36,490 bases of DNA. Source: Octopus bimaculoides (Eukaryota). Below are positions 1 to 10,636 of the stretch, one piece after another (within the stretch, counting starts at the first letter, position 1; every line of letters begins with the position of its first letter). Both the position numbers and the translations under genes were made by a program. The notes beneath the pieces were generated by a model that worked only from the letters and a program-made list of their open reading frames with translations, made no database searches and had not been told where the DNA came from. The stretch covers positions 18,822,454-18,858,943 of the forward strand of contig NC_069000.1 in assembly GCF_001194135.2 (NCBI RefSeq), written 5' to 3'.

Positions 1-892
1 CTGTTTCTTGCATGTTTTCTAGTTCCTTTCAAGAAGGTGTTAAAAAAAACCCAACTAAAATAATAATGATTTCTTTTATTGACCACAAGTGTCCAAGTTG
101 TTGGGTGTTTAGGACATAAACGAAGTGTGTTGTTAGTAAAAATGGCAACAACCAACACAACTTTTTTTTTCTAGCTCAAATTACTAAATAAACTCTACTA
201 ACCTATTTTGAATACTTTTTTCTTGTTTCTGCTTATTTGTACAACTTCACCTTCCACCATCCTTCTGGGGCTGGAGTAGAGGAGGTTACTTAAATAAAAC
301 ATCATTCAAGTATTGGGGTCAATTTAATCAACTAAGCTATTAACCATACAAATTTGTGGCCTGTTGGAAACAATTGTTAAAATTTCCTGGTGGCTAAAGC
401 AAAGAAAGTCTTTTCCTCTATGATGAAACATTCTTTAAATTAGAGAGAGTGACCAGATTAATTTAAACCTACATTGGTTAAGAAACTTGGTGAAGACACC
501 TTGGCTACATCTGAGTAACCTATAATAAGTGTGAGTTATCTTGAATTACTGTATTGTAATTTTCCTCATGTCTGGGAATTTTATTTGTTGACATTTTATT
601 AACTATTGTTTATGATGATTCAGTCATTTTTATTCCCTTCCTTTTCATTCATGTACCGATCCCAGTATCTTGGAACTTTGTGGCCAATAAAAGTCTTTAT
701 TATCTTTCTTTATTATTGTCTTGGTGGAAAACCAAACTAAATTGTTTAAGTTAATTTTGCTAACTTAAAACTCCTTTCTCAGATCTGACATGTGGTTTTG
801 AGTTAAAATTTTAAATTTATATTATATGTAATGTTGTTATTCTATAGTACTGGACAAAATGTTTTGTTGGATTTAATTACTTTACATTATAT

Positions 893-1034
893 TCTGAGTT
901 CAAATCTGCTAAGATCAACTCTGCTTTTCATTATTGCAGTATCAATGAAATAAATATCAAAGTACTGGGGTTCAACTAGTCAATACTACTTCTCTGCAAC
1001 TATTTATTGTCTTCTATCTATATTAGAAACCATT
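893..1034 (+). mobile_element. Decayed 5'-truncated tRNA-derived SINE (family A, octopus OK/OR-type)
   Basis: B-box-like TCTGAGTTCAAATC, degenerate central block and tail (TTAGAAACCATT) align by eye to the better copy at 8439-8670. Confidence 0.7.
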
Positions 1035-1344
1035 ATGTTTTAAACATTTTCATGTGCGTTTCTGCTGCATCTGCATGTTCTTGAGGTATGTGAAGCATTG
1101 TTCTTTGTTGCGGGTATAATTGTATCTATGCTGCATTTGGTTTTAGGGCTTGTTTTATTGTGTATTATGTTACTTTAATTAGTCAGTAGAGCATTGGGCA
1201 AAAATGTAATTTATTGCAGCTTTTTTAATTCTTAGTTCAAATCTTGAGTACAAGGATTGAAATAATTGAGTAATCCTTAACTCTAAATTTCTGGCTTTGT
1301 GTTTATGTAAGAAATTATTATAATAAAAGAAATAATCATCATAT

Positions 1345-1795
1345 TTGGCAAAGAACTGGCAGAATTGTTAGAATGTAAGAACTATATCATACAGTATTTG
1401 ATCTATCCTTTTACATTCAGAGTTCAATTCTTACTTTGTCATTTTTGTCTTTCAAATCTCTGGAGTCAATAAAACAAGGTACCAATCTAGTACTAGGGTT
1501 GATTTAATCAGCTAATCCCTCCTTTCAAAATTGCTGGCCTTTTGCATAAATTAGAAACCATTAATATTATAATTATTTGGCAGAATTGTTAGTATGCTGA
1601 ACAAAATATTTTGTGGAATCTCTTCCAGCTTTATGTTCTGAGTTCAAGTTTCCCCAAGGCTGACTTTACCTTTCATCCTTTCAGGGTTGATAAAATAAGT
1701 ACCAGTTGAGTATTGGGGTTGATATAATTGATTAGTCCCTTCCTCCAAAATTTCAGTCCCTGTGCCTATAGTAGTAAGAATTTTCATTATTACTT
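1345..1795 (+). mobile_element. Two head-to-tail decayed family A SINEs (about 1345-1562 and 1577-1795)
   Basis: Both have the CTGGCAGAATTGTTAG head and GAGTTCAA box B. The second has the core CCTTTCATCCTTTCAGGGTTGATAAAATAAGTACCAG. They are separated by an AT-rich (TTA)-like spacer. Confidence 0.8.
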
Positions 1796-2254
1796 TTTAG
1801 TGTTTTGAACATTTACTTGTGAATTTCTACTGCATCACCAGGTGCAACCTCCGTATTCCTGAGATCTGAGCAGCAATGTGTTTTGGGAATGCATACCAAC
1901 ATAGAGATACTAGATCAGTGTTGCTTTGTGGTTTGCTTTGTTGTTTCTGGTGCTATTTTAGTGTTTAATTTGCTGTACAAAATATGTGCCATGTTGTATT
2001 TATTGTGTTGAGAAGCTGAATGTATATACTTTGATCAATGTTATTACTATAGTATATGTTGTGTTGTTTTATTAGGTGTGTGTGTGTGTATGTATGTATA
2101 TAGAGTTCACATTGAAGGCATCCTCACTGTGAACCCTATCTTATTGTACCTAACCATTTCTGGCATCCTACGTGCCTAGATTCTAATGAGTCCTATAGCT
2201 AGTCTATGTATCTATGTGTCTGTTTGTGTTTGTGTGTCCCATAAAATGAAACTA

Positions 2255-3075
2255 AATAGTTCAAGGGAGGCAACACTAATTGTGCTTCAATAAAGTCTTC
2301 TATATTATGGCATCATGTGAAAACACTTCAAATATGAGATTGAGGCTTTCAAGAGATCAGTCAATTGAACTATTTGCAGAGCAGCTTCTAAAACTCGGTG
2401 AAGGGAGAATTCCAATTGATGAAGAGCAGTCACTTACACTCAATCCAATATGTAATTCAACTGATTCCGTCGATGATTTAGTGGCTGAAATATTTCTTAA
2501 TCTTCTTCATAATTACAATACAGATTGGATTTGTGAGCAAGCTATCCTGGTTCCAAAAAATGTTGCTGTACATAGCATTAATAATATGCTATTGAATAAA
2601 CTTCTGTGATGATCAGGATATTGTTAACTACACCATTGAATTTTTTAACTCACTACAACTACCACATACAGTGCCTCATGGTCTTCAGCCGAAAAAAATG
2701 GACTCCTATTATGCTATTGCATAATTTGTCTCAACCAAAAGTATGCAATAGTACGAGATTGTGCTCAAACTTATGACAAACTGCATTGAGGTAAATATTC
2801 TCACTGGTTATGGTAAAGGTGAGACCGTCTTCATTCCTCACATACCAGTTATACCATCTAATGTCCCATTCCAATTTAAGTGGTTTCAGTTTCCTATCCA
2901 TGTTTCTTTTGTCATGAGCATTAATAAAAGTCTGGGCCAAACACTAAGAGTTGCTGGGTTGCAACTTGAACACCCATGCTTTTCACATGGTCAACTTTAT
3001 GTAGGCGTATCATGTGTGGAAGCAAAAGCAAATCTTTCTGCTTGTGCACCCCAAAATAAAACAAAAAACATTGTT
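2255..3075 (+). pseudogene. Helitron RepHel C-terminal PIF1-like helicase remnant (frameshifted, with stops)
   Basis: ORFs 2280-2609 and 2761-3111 plus the linker give Helitron/PIF1 motifs: AILVPKN, NYTIEFFNSL, IMLLHNL, NILTG.GKGETVFIP.IP, FQFPI.VSFVMSINKSLGQTL, PCFSHGQLYVGVS, KTKNIV. The catalytic consensus is altered (SQGQ to SLGQ, SR to SC). Confidence 0.9.
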
Positions 3076-3366
3076 TCATCATCATCGTTTAACGTCCGCC
3101 TTCCATGCTAGCATGGGCTGGGTGATTTGACTGAGGACTGGCGAACCAGATGGCTGCACCAGGCTCCAATCTGATCTGGCACAGTTTCTACAGCTGGATG
3201 CCCTTCCTAATGCCAACCACTCCGAGAGTGTAGTGGGTGCTTTTACGTGCCACCGGCACAAGGGCCAGTCAGGCAGTACTGGCAATGGCCACACTCAAAA
3301 TTGTGTTTTTTACATGCCACCTGCACAGGAGCCAGTCCAGGGGCACTGGCAACGACCTTGCTCGAA
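3076..3366 (-). mobile_element. 3' end fragment of RTE-clade LINE or its dependent repeat
   Basis: Reverse complement ends GCATGGAAGGCGGACGTTAAACGATGATGATGA. The same 3' terminus is attached to RT-coding sequence at 12885-14730. Confidence 0.85.
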
Positions 3367-3711
3367 AAAGAAATATTCACTCTTAATGCAACATGAATAC
3401 TTCAATAACTTAATTTACCATTACTATCATTACATTCAAGATTGAGTAAATTACCTATTTAAATGAACTGTATTATATAATTGCCATAACTGTATTGACA
3501 AATAAAATAACACTTACAACTCACTTATTATCATATAATAAACAAACACAAACTCATGTATGAATTTGAACTTTTTCTTCTTCAATTATTACATATTTTT
3601 CTCTTATAAAAATGCCACATACAGGAGTAAATTATATATATCTTGATACTCTGAATGTGGCTTTCGAGAAACAGTAAAAGTAATTACCTGATCTACGAGT
3701 GTTACTGCTAG
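3367..3711 (+). mobile_element. Probable Helitron 3' end
   Basis: Helicase reading appears to resume after the RTE insert (KEIFT). The region ends CTAG (3708-3711) followed by T, fitting Helitron CTRR/T ends. The subterminal hairpin is degenerate. Confidence 0.45.
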
Positions 3712-4167
3712 TATATATATAAAATATAAGTGAGTTACAAAGAGGTACAGTTATGCTACTGAGAGTGTTCTGTGTGGGATGTTGACTGTTCTTACCAGAA
3801 ACAGTTGTTGCTTTTAGGATGAGGGTTTGTTTGGTAGACTTGTTATTGTATTATATTCCTTGGAGTATTAGTCAAGTATTGGATTGATATATTGACTGTT
3901 CCCCTCCCAAATTTCACACCTTGTGCATATATTAAAACTGTTGTTGTTGTCATTGTTCTAGTTTGTTGAGTCAGTACAGTCTGGAATGTGCTTGACTTCT
4001 AATGCATTGTTATATTCAGTTATTTTCCTTTATGTTCTGATCTCAAATGCTTCCAGAGTTGGACAGACGGAGGATAAGAAAAGAGAACAGAAATTGGAGG
4101 TTGATTCTTGACAGAGGAAGATATATAAATTTTCTTTTTTTTTTCTTTTCTTCAATTGTTGTTTCAG

Positions 4168-4305
4168 ATTCTTCAAAGTTGATTATCATTGTGGTGCTTT
4201 GTGTGATTATTCCTGAGATTATAATTGCTATAATCCTTGGCGTCGTACTCTACATTCGCAGAAAGCGAGCTAAGAAGAGGGCAATGGAAGCAGCTGCAGC
4301 CGAAG
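4168..4305 (+). CDS. Exon A: transmembrane exon of an unidentified single-pass membrane protein
   Basis: Poly-T/TTTCAG acceptor and AAG/GTAAGT donor, 138 nt, phase 1-1. Encodes (D)SSKLIIIVVLCVIIPEIIIAIILGVVLYIRRKRAKKRAMEAAAAE: 26 hydrophobic residues followed by a basic stop-transfer cluster. Confidence 0.9.
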
Positions 4306-5092
4306 GTAAGTTGAAGTTTTTCAATTTTGTCCTTGTTGTTTCTCTGTCACACAAAACTACCACACCATGGTGGTGAGGTCAATGGGCTTCTGCTTCATTT
4401 TATGCCCTAAATTACACTTTATTTATACACTTTGCTACTATTGTTATTAATTCACGCTGAAGCAAGGTGTTAAACTGTATTATAACACCATCATTATTAC
4501 TGCCTCTACATATCATCCTCTCTGCAAGCTGTTTTTTGTTTTACCAAGTAAGTTTATTTTTGCTTGTGTGTATCTGCCTTTCTTTCTATATGTACGTGTG
4601 TGTGTGTGTATATTTATAAGTACATACACAAATGTACATTCCATCATCTAAATGCAATTGTACGTTTGTGGTTTAACACGTGCATGTGCACACGATTGTA
4701 CTCTAGCACCAGCAGAATCTTGCACACATTTTCTTGCTCATAAACACATTGACTATCAGGAGCAATACGAAACATACCTGCTATATATTGAAGTCAATTC
4801 AATTGATTATATGCTTTAGACATTATGGATAGCTTGACTTAATACCTGACAGTAATTGTTCTAGGTTTAAATCCTACTATAGCCAACATTGCATTTTATC
4901 TCTTCAGGTTCAATATAATATAAGTATCTGTTCATCAATTCTGTCCCCCACTATAAATATATAGCCTTATACCAATGAGAGAAAACAACATTATCATTAT
5001 TATTATTATAAAGAAAGGCAGCGAGCTGGCAGAATCGTTAGCATGCTGGATGAAATGCTTAGTGGTATTTTGGCCATCATTATGTACTGAGT

Positions 5093-5535
5093 GAAGGCAC
5101 ATGGCTCAGTGGTTAGAGCGTCGAGCTTACGATTGTGAGGTTGTGAGTTTGGTTCCTGGACTGGACTGGGCTGCATGTTGTTTTCTTGAGCAAGACACTT
5201 TATTTCACATTGCTCCAGTTAACTGGCGATGTTGGCCGGCCGACGCCAGGAAGGAAGACGAGAGAGATATTGATGTTCGTGGAGCCGCAAAGCGTGCAGC
5301 ACCGTTGGCCTAGCGCACTGTATTCGGGTGGACGCAGGCTGGGTGAAAACTGCGCGGTCGGCAGCTGTAGAAATGAGTTGCCACATCACTGGTGCCAAGC
5401 TGTATCGGCCTTTGCCTTTCCCTTGGATTACATCAGTGGTGTGGAGAGGGGAGGCTGGTATGCATGGGTGACTGCTGGTCTTCCATAAACAACCTTGCCT
5501 GAACATTCATGACCGAAGGGGGTCTCCTCACATTA
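5093..5535 (+). mobile_element. Family B tRNA-derived SINE
   Basis: A-box TGGCTCAGTGG, degenerate B box, TTGAGCAAGACACTTTATTTCAC block, tail ending ATGACCGAAGGGGGTCT. Matches an octopus SINE as recalled. Confidence 0.8.
5225..5361. other. 137-bp GC/CpG-rich insert of unknown origin inside the family B SINE
   Basis: Manual count: 85/137 G+C (62%) and 15 CpG. It sits between CCAGTTAACT and CAGCTGTAGAAATGAG, which I recall as contiguous in the SINE consensus. Confidence 0.75.
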
Positions 5536-5948
5536 TGAGTTAAAATTCTGCTGAGGTCACCTTTGCCTTTCATCCTTTTGGGGTCGATAAATTGAGTTCC
5601 AGTGAAACACTAGTCCCCAAACAAAAAAACAATTTCAGACCTTATGCCTTTAGTAGAAAGGATTATTATTATTATTGTTGTCGTTATCATCATGTTAGAA
5701 ACACTTGTGATAATTACTTCTGTTATTTCACTAAAGACTTTGGATTTGTTTGTGCTCCCTTATTTTTTAAAGACATTTTGAAAGTAATTTTAAGGATTCT
5801 AGGAAATTGACTTTTTTCCCCTTTATTACAAAAAGAAATTAGAGGAGTTACAACTACTTTTTTTATTGTGTTTGTGCCTTCATATTTATCTTTTCCATTA
5901 TTAGACAAGTCTGTCATTTATTGTTGTGATTTTACCTTTTAAACACAG

Positions 5949-5972
5949 CTATGATTGGACGTTACAAACCAG
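5949..5972 (+). CDS. Exon B: 24-nt microexon (A)MIGRYKP
   Basis: TTTTACCTTTTAAACACAG acceptor, CAG/GTAACA donor, phase 1-1, open and in frame between exons A and C. Confidence 0.7.
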
Positions 5973-7050
5973 GTAACACATATCTCAAGTATTTAGGATA
6001 TTGATGTTGTCAATTTTTCTTCTTGCTTAAATTTTCTTGCTAATTCCTTTTTCTTACTGAACAATCTCCTCTTCATTGAGTCTCAGTCTTGATTCTTCAG
6101 GTAACACTTGTCTTTCAGCAGTCTTATCATATCAGTGATTTATTTCATTTCACTTGAAAATGTCTTTATTTCTTAATATAGTTCTCCAAGGAACTCCTCT
6201 TTGATACAAACTGCCATAAGTTTATCAGTTTTTACCTTTCTCTCAAGAATTCCTATTCTTCATTCTTGGAGGTAGGATGGGTTCCCTGTGTATTGTGTAT
6301 TATTAATTTTCTAGAGACAGAGGCTTGTAAAATAATAGTTTCTTCTTTCCAGAGATTAATAATACTTTGTGATCCATTTCAATTTATGAATATCTTTAAC
6401 TTCTTTATGACTATATTTCCAACAAACTTCAACTATGACTTTTTAAATATAATCAAGAACTTAATAAAATAACTTCGTTATTATTTAGTTGGTTTTTGGA
6501 ACATAAAACAATGATGCAAGGTTTTAATTTAAATATGAATTTTAAAACAGGCAGATTTTGTATCTTAGAACCAGAAGACTTAGATCAATTGGTATTAAAA
6601 AAAAAAGTTTAAGGTAATGGAGAATCATAAAAACCATTCGTCTTCTACCCTGAATTTTGTCTTCAAACCTCATTGATTGTACAGTTCTACAGAATCGGAA
6701 AACTTTTTCCATATCATACATCAGTTGCCTCTTACTCTGCATATTTTGGTGGAATCTAAGTTATTGCCCTTGTCATTAATAAGTCAACACTTACCAACCA
6801 TTGTGCAACTACATTCTACTTTTCTCCTTCTTCCTTTTACTTCACTACTATAAACAGTCTCTGTTCTTTTGAATTTGCTGACTGTACCATGCTGCTCTTA
6901 AACATCTTACACTGTCTTAATCCTTACTCCTCAGTTATTCATTAAATTATTTATTCCATCTTCTCCAGAACCTCCCCCAGCCCTCTGAAATTTCCTTCCC
7001 TTTCTACAATGAACATTAACTGTATTTTCTTATCCAGTCATCTTCTGCTT

Positions 7051-7752
7051 CATTTTGTAAGGAGAAGGCTATACTCTATGTAATAAAGTATACCACAGTA
7101 TATTACTGGTACTTTATTTATTCATCTGAATGATGAACTGCAAAACTGACACTTGAATAGATTGAACCCAAAATGTTAAGAGATACCACTATTTGATACT
7201 CCTATACACTCATCTCAATAACAACATAATAGCAAAAACAATTCTCCAATTATTAATTTTTAAATATTTGTTTTCTTTTCCTCAGTATAAAGAAAATTTG
7301 CTTGAATGTTTACATGGTCTTGACCTTTTTGTTTTTGTAGCATTTTACACTGTGGTCATCTAAGAAGGATTACAAGTGCAAATACTTGTTCTGTCTTTGA
7401 CAAACAATTTTTTAAAACTCAATAAAATCCTCAGTAGTTGAAGATGACCACAGTGTAAAATGCTACAAAAACAAAAGGGTCAAGACCTTGTAAACATTCA
7501 AACAAATTTTCTTTATACCGACAAAAAGAAAACAAATATTTAGAAATTAATAACTGGAGAATTGTTTTTGCTATTATGTTGTTATTGAGATGAGTGTATA
7601 GGAGTATCAAATAGTGGTATCTCTTAACATTTTGGGTTCAATCTATTCAAGTGTCAGTTTTGCAGTTCATCATTCAGATGAATGAATAAAGTACCAGTAA
7701 TATACTGTGGTATACTTTATTACATAGAGTATAGCCTTCTCCTTACAAAATG
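7051..7752. repeat. Long inverted repeat: arms 7051-7361 and 7442-7752, 80-nt spacer
   Basis: Manual reverse-complement alignment gives 311-nt arms with 9 mismatches and no indels. The outer half is a decayed family A SINE. Confidence 0.95.
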
Positions 7753-7984
7753 TCTTAAACCAAAGTGAGAAATTTGTAAGCACATGCAAATACTAATTTA
7801 GCAAAAATGATAGTAGGGTATTACTATACTATTATTATACATTTAAATTTCATCATTGATCTATTTCTAGGATCATTAAAATGAGTATCAGTCATATATT
7901 GCCATTAGTTTAATTGGCTATTTTCCTTAAACTGTTGGTGATGTATCTATAAACAAGCACATCACCGTTATCATTTCTCTTCTA

Positions 7985-8295
7985 GAGTGTTGGACAAAGT
8001 GCCTTGCAGCATCTGCTCTCGCTTCTAATGTTGAGAGTTCAAATCCAGCTGGTGGGAACTTTGGCTTTTCATTCTTCTGAGATCAGTAAAGTACCAGTCA
8101 AGTACTCAAGTTGATAGTATCAACTAACCCCTACCCCTTCTCAAAATGCTGACCTTGTACCTTAATTAGAAACAATTGTAAACGGTGAGCTGATAGAACC
8201 ATTTGAGCATTGTTAAAGTGCCTGCAGTATTTCATTCAGCTCCTTACATTCTGAATTCAAATCTTTTTGGAGTCAGCAAAATAAAGTACCATTTC
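7985..8295 (+). mobile_element. Two decayed family A SINEs in tandem
   Basis: GAGTTCAAATCC / GAATTCAAATC box B, AAGTACCAG core and TTAGAAACAATT tail. Confidence 0.7.
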
Positions 8296-8376
8296 TTAGG
8301 AGTGTACAGTATTTCTTGGGTATGGAGGATGTTGTAGAATTGTGTTTATCATTATTATTATTATCATCATTATTAA

Positions 8377-8830
8377 GGCGGCAAGCTGACAGGTTCATTA
8401 GCAAGCTGGACAAAATGCTTAATGGTATTGTCTGTTACAGGCAGCAAGCTGCCAGAATCGTTAGCACGCCAGGCAAAATGCTTAGCGGTATTTCATCTGC
8501 CGTTACGTTCTGAGTTCAAATTCCGCCGAGGTCGACTTTGCCTTTCATCCTTTCGGGGTCGATAAATTAAGTACTAGTTACGCACTGGGGTCGATGTAAT
8601 CGACTTAATCCGTTCGTCTGTTCTTGTTTGTTCCCTCTATGTTTAGCCCCTTGTGGGCAATAACGAAATAGGTATTGTCTGTTACTATGTTCTGAGTTCA
8701 AATTTTGCCAAGGTCAGCTTTGCCTTTCATCCTTTTGTGGCTGATAAATTAAATACCAGTGAAACACTGAGGTTGATGTAATCGACTAGTCCCCTCCCCC
8801 TGGGCCTTGTACCTTTAGTAGAAAGGATTA
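8377..8830 (+). mobile_element. Older family A SINE hosting a younger SINE
   Basis: Head at 8377. The body resumes at 8686 and ends CCCCTCCCCC...GTAGAAAGGATTATT. Confidence 0.85.
8439..8670 (+). mobile_element. Young full-length family A SINE with 15-bp TSD
   Basis: CpG-retaining copy. TSD GGTATTGTCTGTTAC at 8424-8438 and 8671-8685. Confidence 0.92.
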
Positions 8831-8950
8831 TTGTTATTATTAGATTGCCATAACCATTTGTCTTGAACAAAATGCCTTGTGATATCTAGTTACATTCATT
8901 TGCACTCTGAGTTCAAATTTCGCCATTGTCAACTTTTTATCCTTCTAGAT

Positions 8951-9261
8951 CATGGGTTCTCAACCAGGGTCCGTGTAAGATTGGAAGGAGGCAGGCATGC
9001 TAGCAAAATAGTAAATTGAGAATCTGTAGTAGTATTTTGAGGGCCCATGAAAAAACTTTGATTCAGATGTATTCATTGAAAGAAACGGCTGAGTTTTGTT
9101 TTCTAACATTTTATGTACAAGTTCTTCAACCCACACATGTTAATGTATGAAAAACAAAATACGAATTTTGAAAGAAATATCTATGAAACTAGTTTTTAAA
9201 CATAAAATAGTTATTGGGGTCCACCAGAATAAAATAGATAAAAAATGGTTTAGAACCACTG
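8951..9261. mobile_element. Non-autonomous hAT (Charlie-like) MITE inserted in a SINE
   Basis: TIRs CATGGGTTCTCAACC / GGTTTAGAACCACTG. Exact 8-bp TSD TTCTAGAT at 8943-8950 and 9262-9269 fits the Charlie nTCTAGAn target. Confidence 0.9.
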
Positions 9262-9675
9262 TTCTAGATTGTCAATAAAATAAAGTACCAGTCATATACT
9301 GAGGCTGACCCAATCTACTATATTCCACATCATACACATGTACACAACCAGTTTGAAATAGTCATTTTTATTAAAACTCTAAAATCTGGAGACTGGACTT
9401 TCAACTAACTACTTCTTTTCATCATCAATGTTGTAATTTTCTTTCTCATTTACTATTCTTCATATTGCATGTCAGTGTTGTAAATACATTTTTCATTGTA
9501 TCTTTTTTTGCCTCCAAATTTTGTAAATCTAAATTGCATGTATGAACTCAGATCAATCTTCACTGTTCTTACCATCTTCTAATTCCAATGTTTCAATAGC
9601 GTTAACTCCTTTATCTCTCATCATACAATCATTGTGCTGTTATGTTTCTCTTTAAATTCTGAAGGAAACCTTTTA

Positions 9676-9686
<11 letters not shown>

Positions 9687-9716
<30 letters not shown>

Positions 9717-9726
9717 NNNNNNNNNN
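9687..9726. other. (TA)n microsatellite running into a 10-N assembly gap (9717-9726)
   Basis: Directly visible. True distance across the gap is unknown, so exons could be missing here. Confidence 0.98.
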
Positions 9727-9770
9727 TAGCATGGAAAGCGGACGTTAAACGATGATGATGATGATGATGA
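9727..9770 (+). mobile_element. RTE-type 3' tail ending in (GAT)n
   Basis: TAGCATGGAAAGCGGACGTTAAACGATGATGATG directly after the gap. Confidence 0.8.
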
Positions 9771-9779
9771 AAACCATTG

Positions 9780-10600
9780 TCATTTACTTTAGCTTTTCAT
9801 GTACTGACTTCAAATCATGCTAAACTCAACTTTGCCTTTTATCCTTCTGGGATCAATAAAATAAGCTCCAGTCAAGTACTGGCCTTGGGCTTTATTTGAT
9901 TTACTCCTTTTTATCAAAATTTTCAATCTTGTGTCTATTTGAGAAACCATTATTATAGAATGGCTGAGGGTAGCAAGCTGGCAAAATCATTGGCATACCA
10001 GATAAATGCATAGTGGTGTTTTGTTCTTCTTTACAATCTGAGTTCAAATTCTGCCAAGGCCGACTTTGCCTTTCATCCTTTCAGAGTCAATAAAAGAAAT
10101 ACCAGTCAACTACTGGGATCAATGTAATCGACTGGCCCCTCCCCCAAAATTTCAGGTTTTGTGCCTATAGTAGAAAGGATTATTATTAAAGCAGCAAACT
10201 GGTGGAATCTTTATTTAGCACACCGGGCAAAATGCTTTGTGGCATTTCGTCCGTCTTTATAGTCTGAGTTCAAATTCTGCCAAGGTCCACTCTGTCTTTC
10301 ATCCTTTTGGGGTTGTGATATAATTGACTAGTCCCCACCTCCAAATTTCACGCATTGTGCCTTTAGTAGAAACGATTATTATTATTAAGGCAGCGAGCTG
10401 GCAGAATCGTTAGCATGCCAAGCAAAATGCTTAGCAGCATTTTGTCCTTCCTTACACTCTAAGTTCAAATTTGACTTGACCTTTCACCCTTTCAGGGTTG
10501 ATGAAATAAGTACCAGTTATGCATTGGGGTCAATGTAATTGACTATCTCCTGCCCCCAAACTTGCTTGCTTTTTGTGTCAAAATTTGAAACCGTTATTAT
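9780..10600 (+). mobile_element. Head-to-tail array of four family A SINEs
   Basis: A truncated copy at about 9780, then heads at about 9968, 10190 and 10389. Each has the CCTTTCATCCTTT core and ends in a (TTA)n tail. Confidence 0.85.
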
Positions 10601-10636
10601 TGTTATTGTTGTTGTTGTTGTTGTTATCGTTATTAT

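Larger units (their letters stand above)
5017..5670 (+). mobile_element. Family A SINE split by a nested family B SINE
   Basis: Head GGCAGCGAGCTGGCAGAATCGTTAG at 5017-5092. The body resumes at about 5536 and ends in GTAGAAAGGATTATTATT. TGAGT occurs on both sides of the insert. Confidence 0.85.

Noticed and set aside
4047-4167. ORF-track extension upstream of the TM exon (in-frame alternative acceptor at 4057)
   Set aside because: It reads through the poly-T acceptor tract of exon A (FLFFFFS). An open frame here is plausible by chance.
5093-5165. tRNA-like sequence, also at 30144-30215
   Set aside because: These are SINE heads with degenerate T-arm and acceptor stems, followed by SINE bodies. 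They are not tRNA genes.
5230-5350. HDV-ribozyme-like words (GGCCGGC, GGCTGGG) and slight U3/7SK-like words in the GC insert
   Set aside because: No P1/P3/L3/J4-2 topology could be built, box C is not intact (TGATGT) and there is no GAUC motif.
5101-5506. Three overlapping ORFs of 70-100 aa
   Set aside because: Produced by the GC-rich insert and SINE. No recognisable protein or splice context.
6040-6480. Purine-rich minus-strand stretch resembling an old LINE ORF
   Set aside because: Many stops and no motif I could assign.
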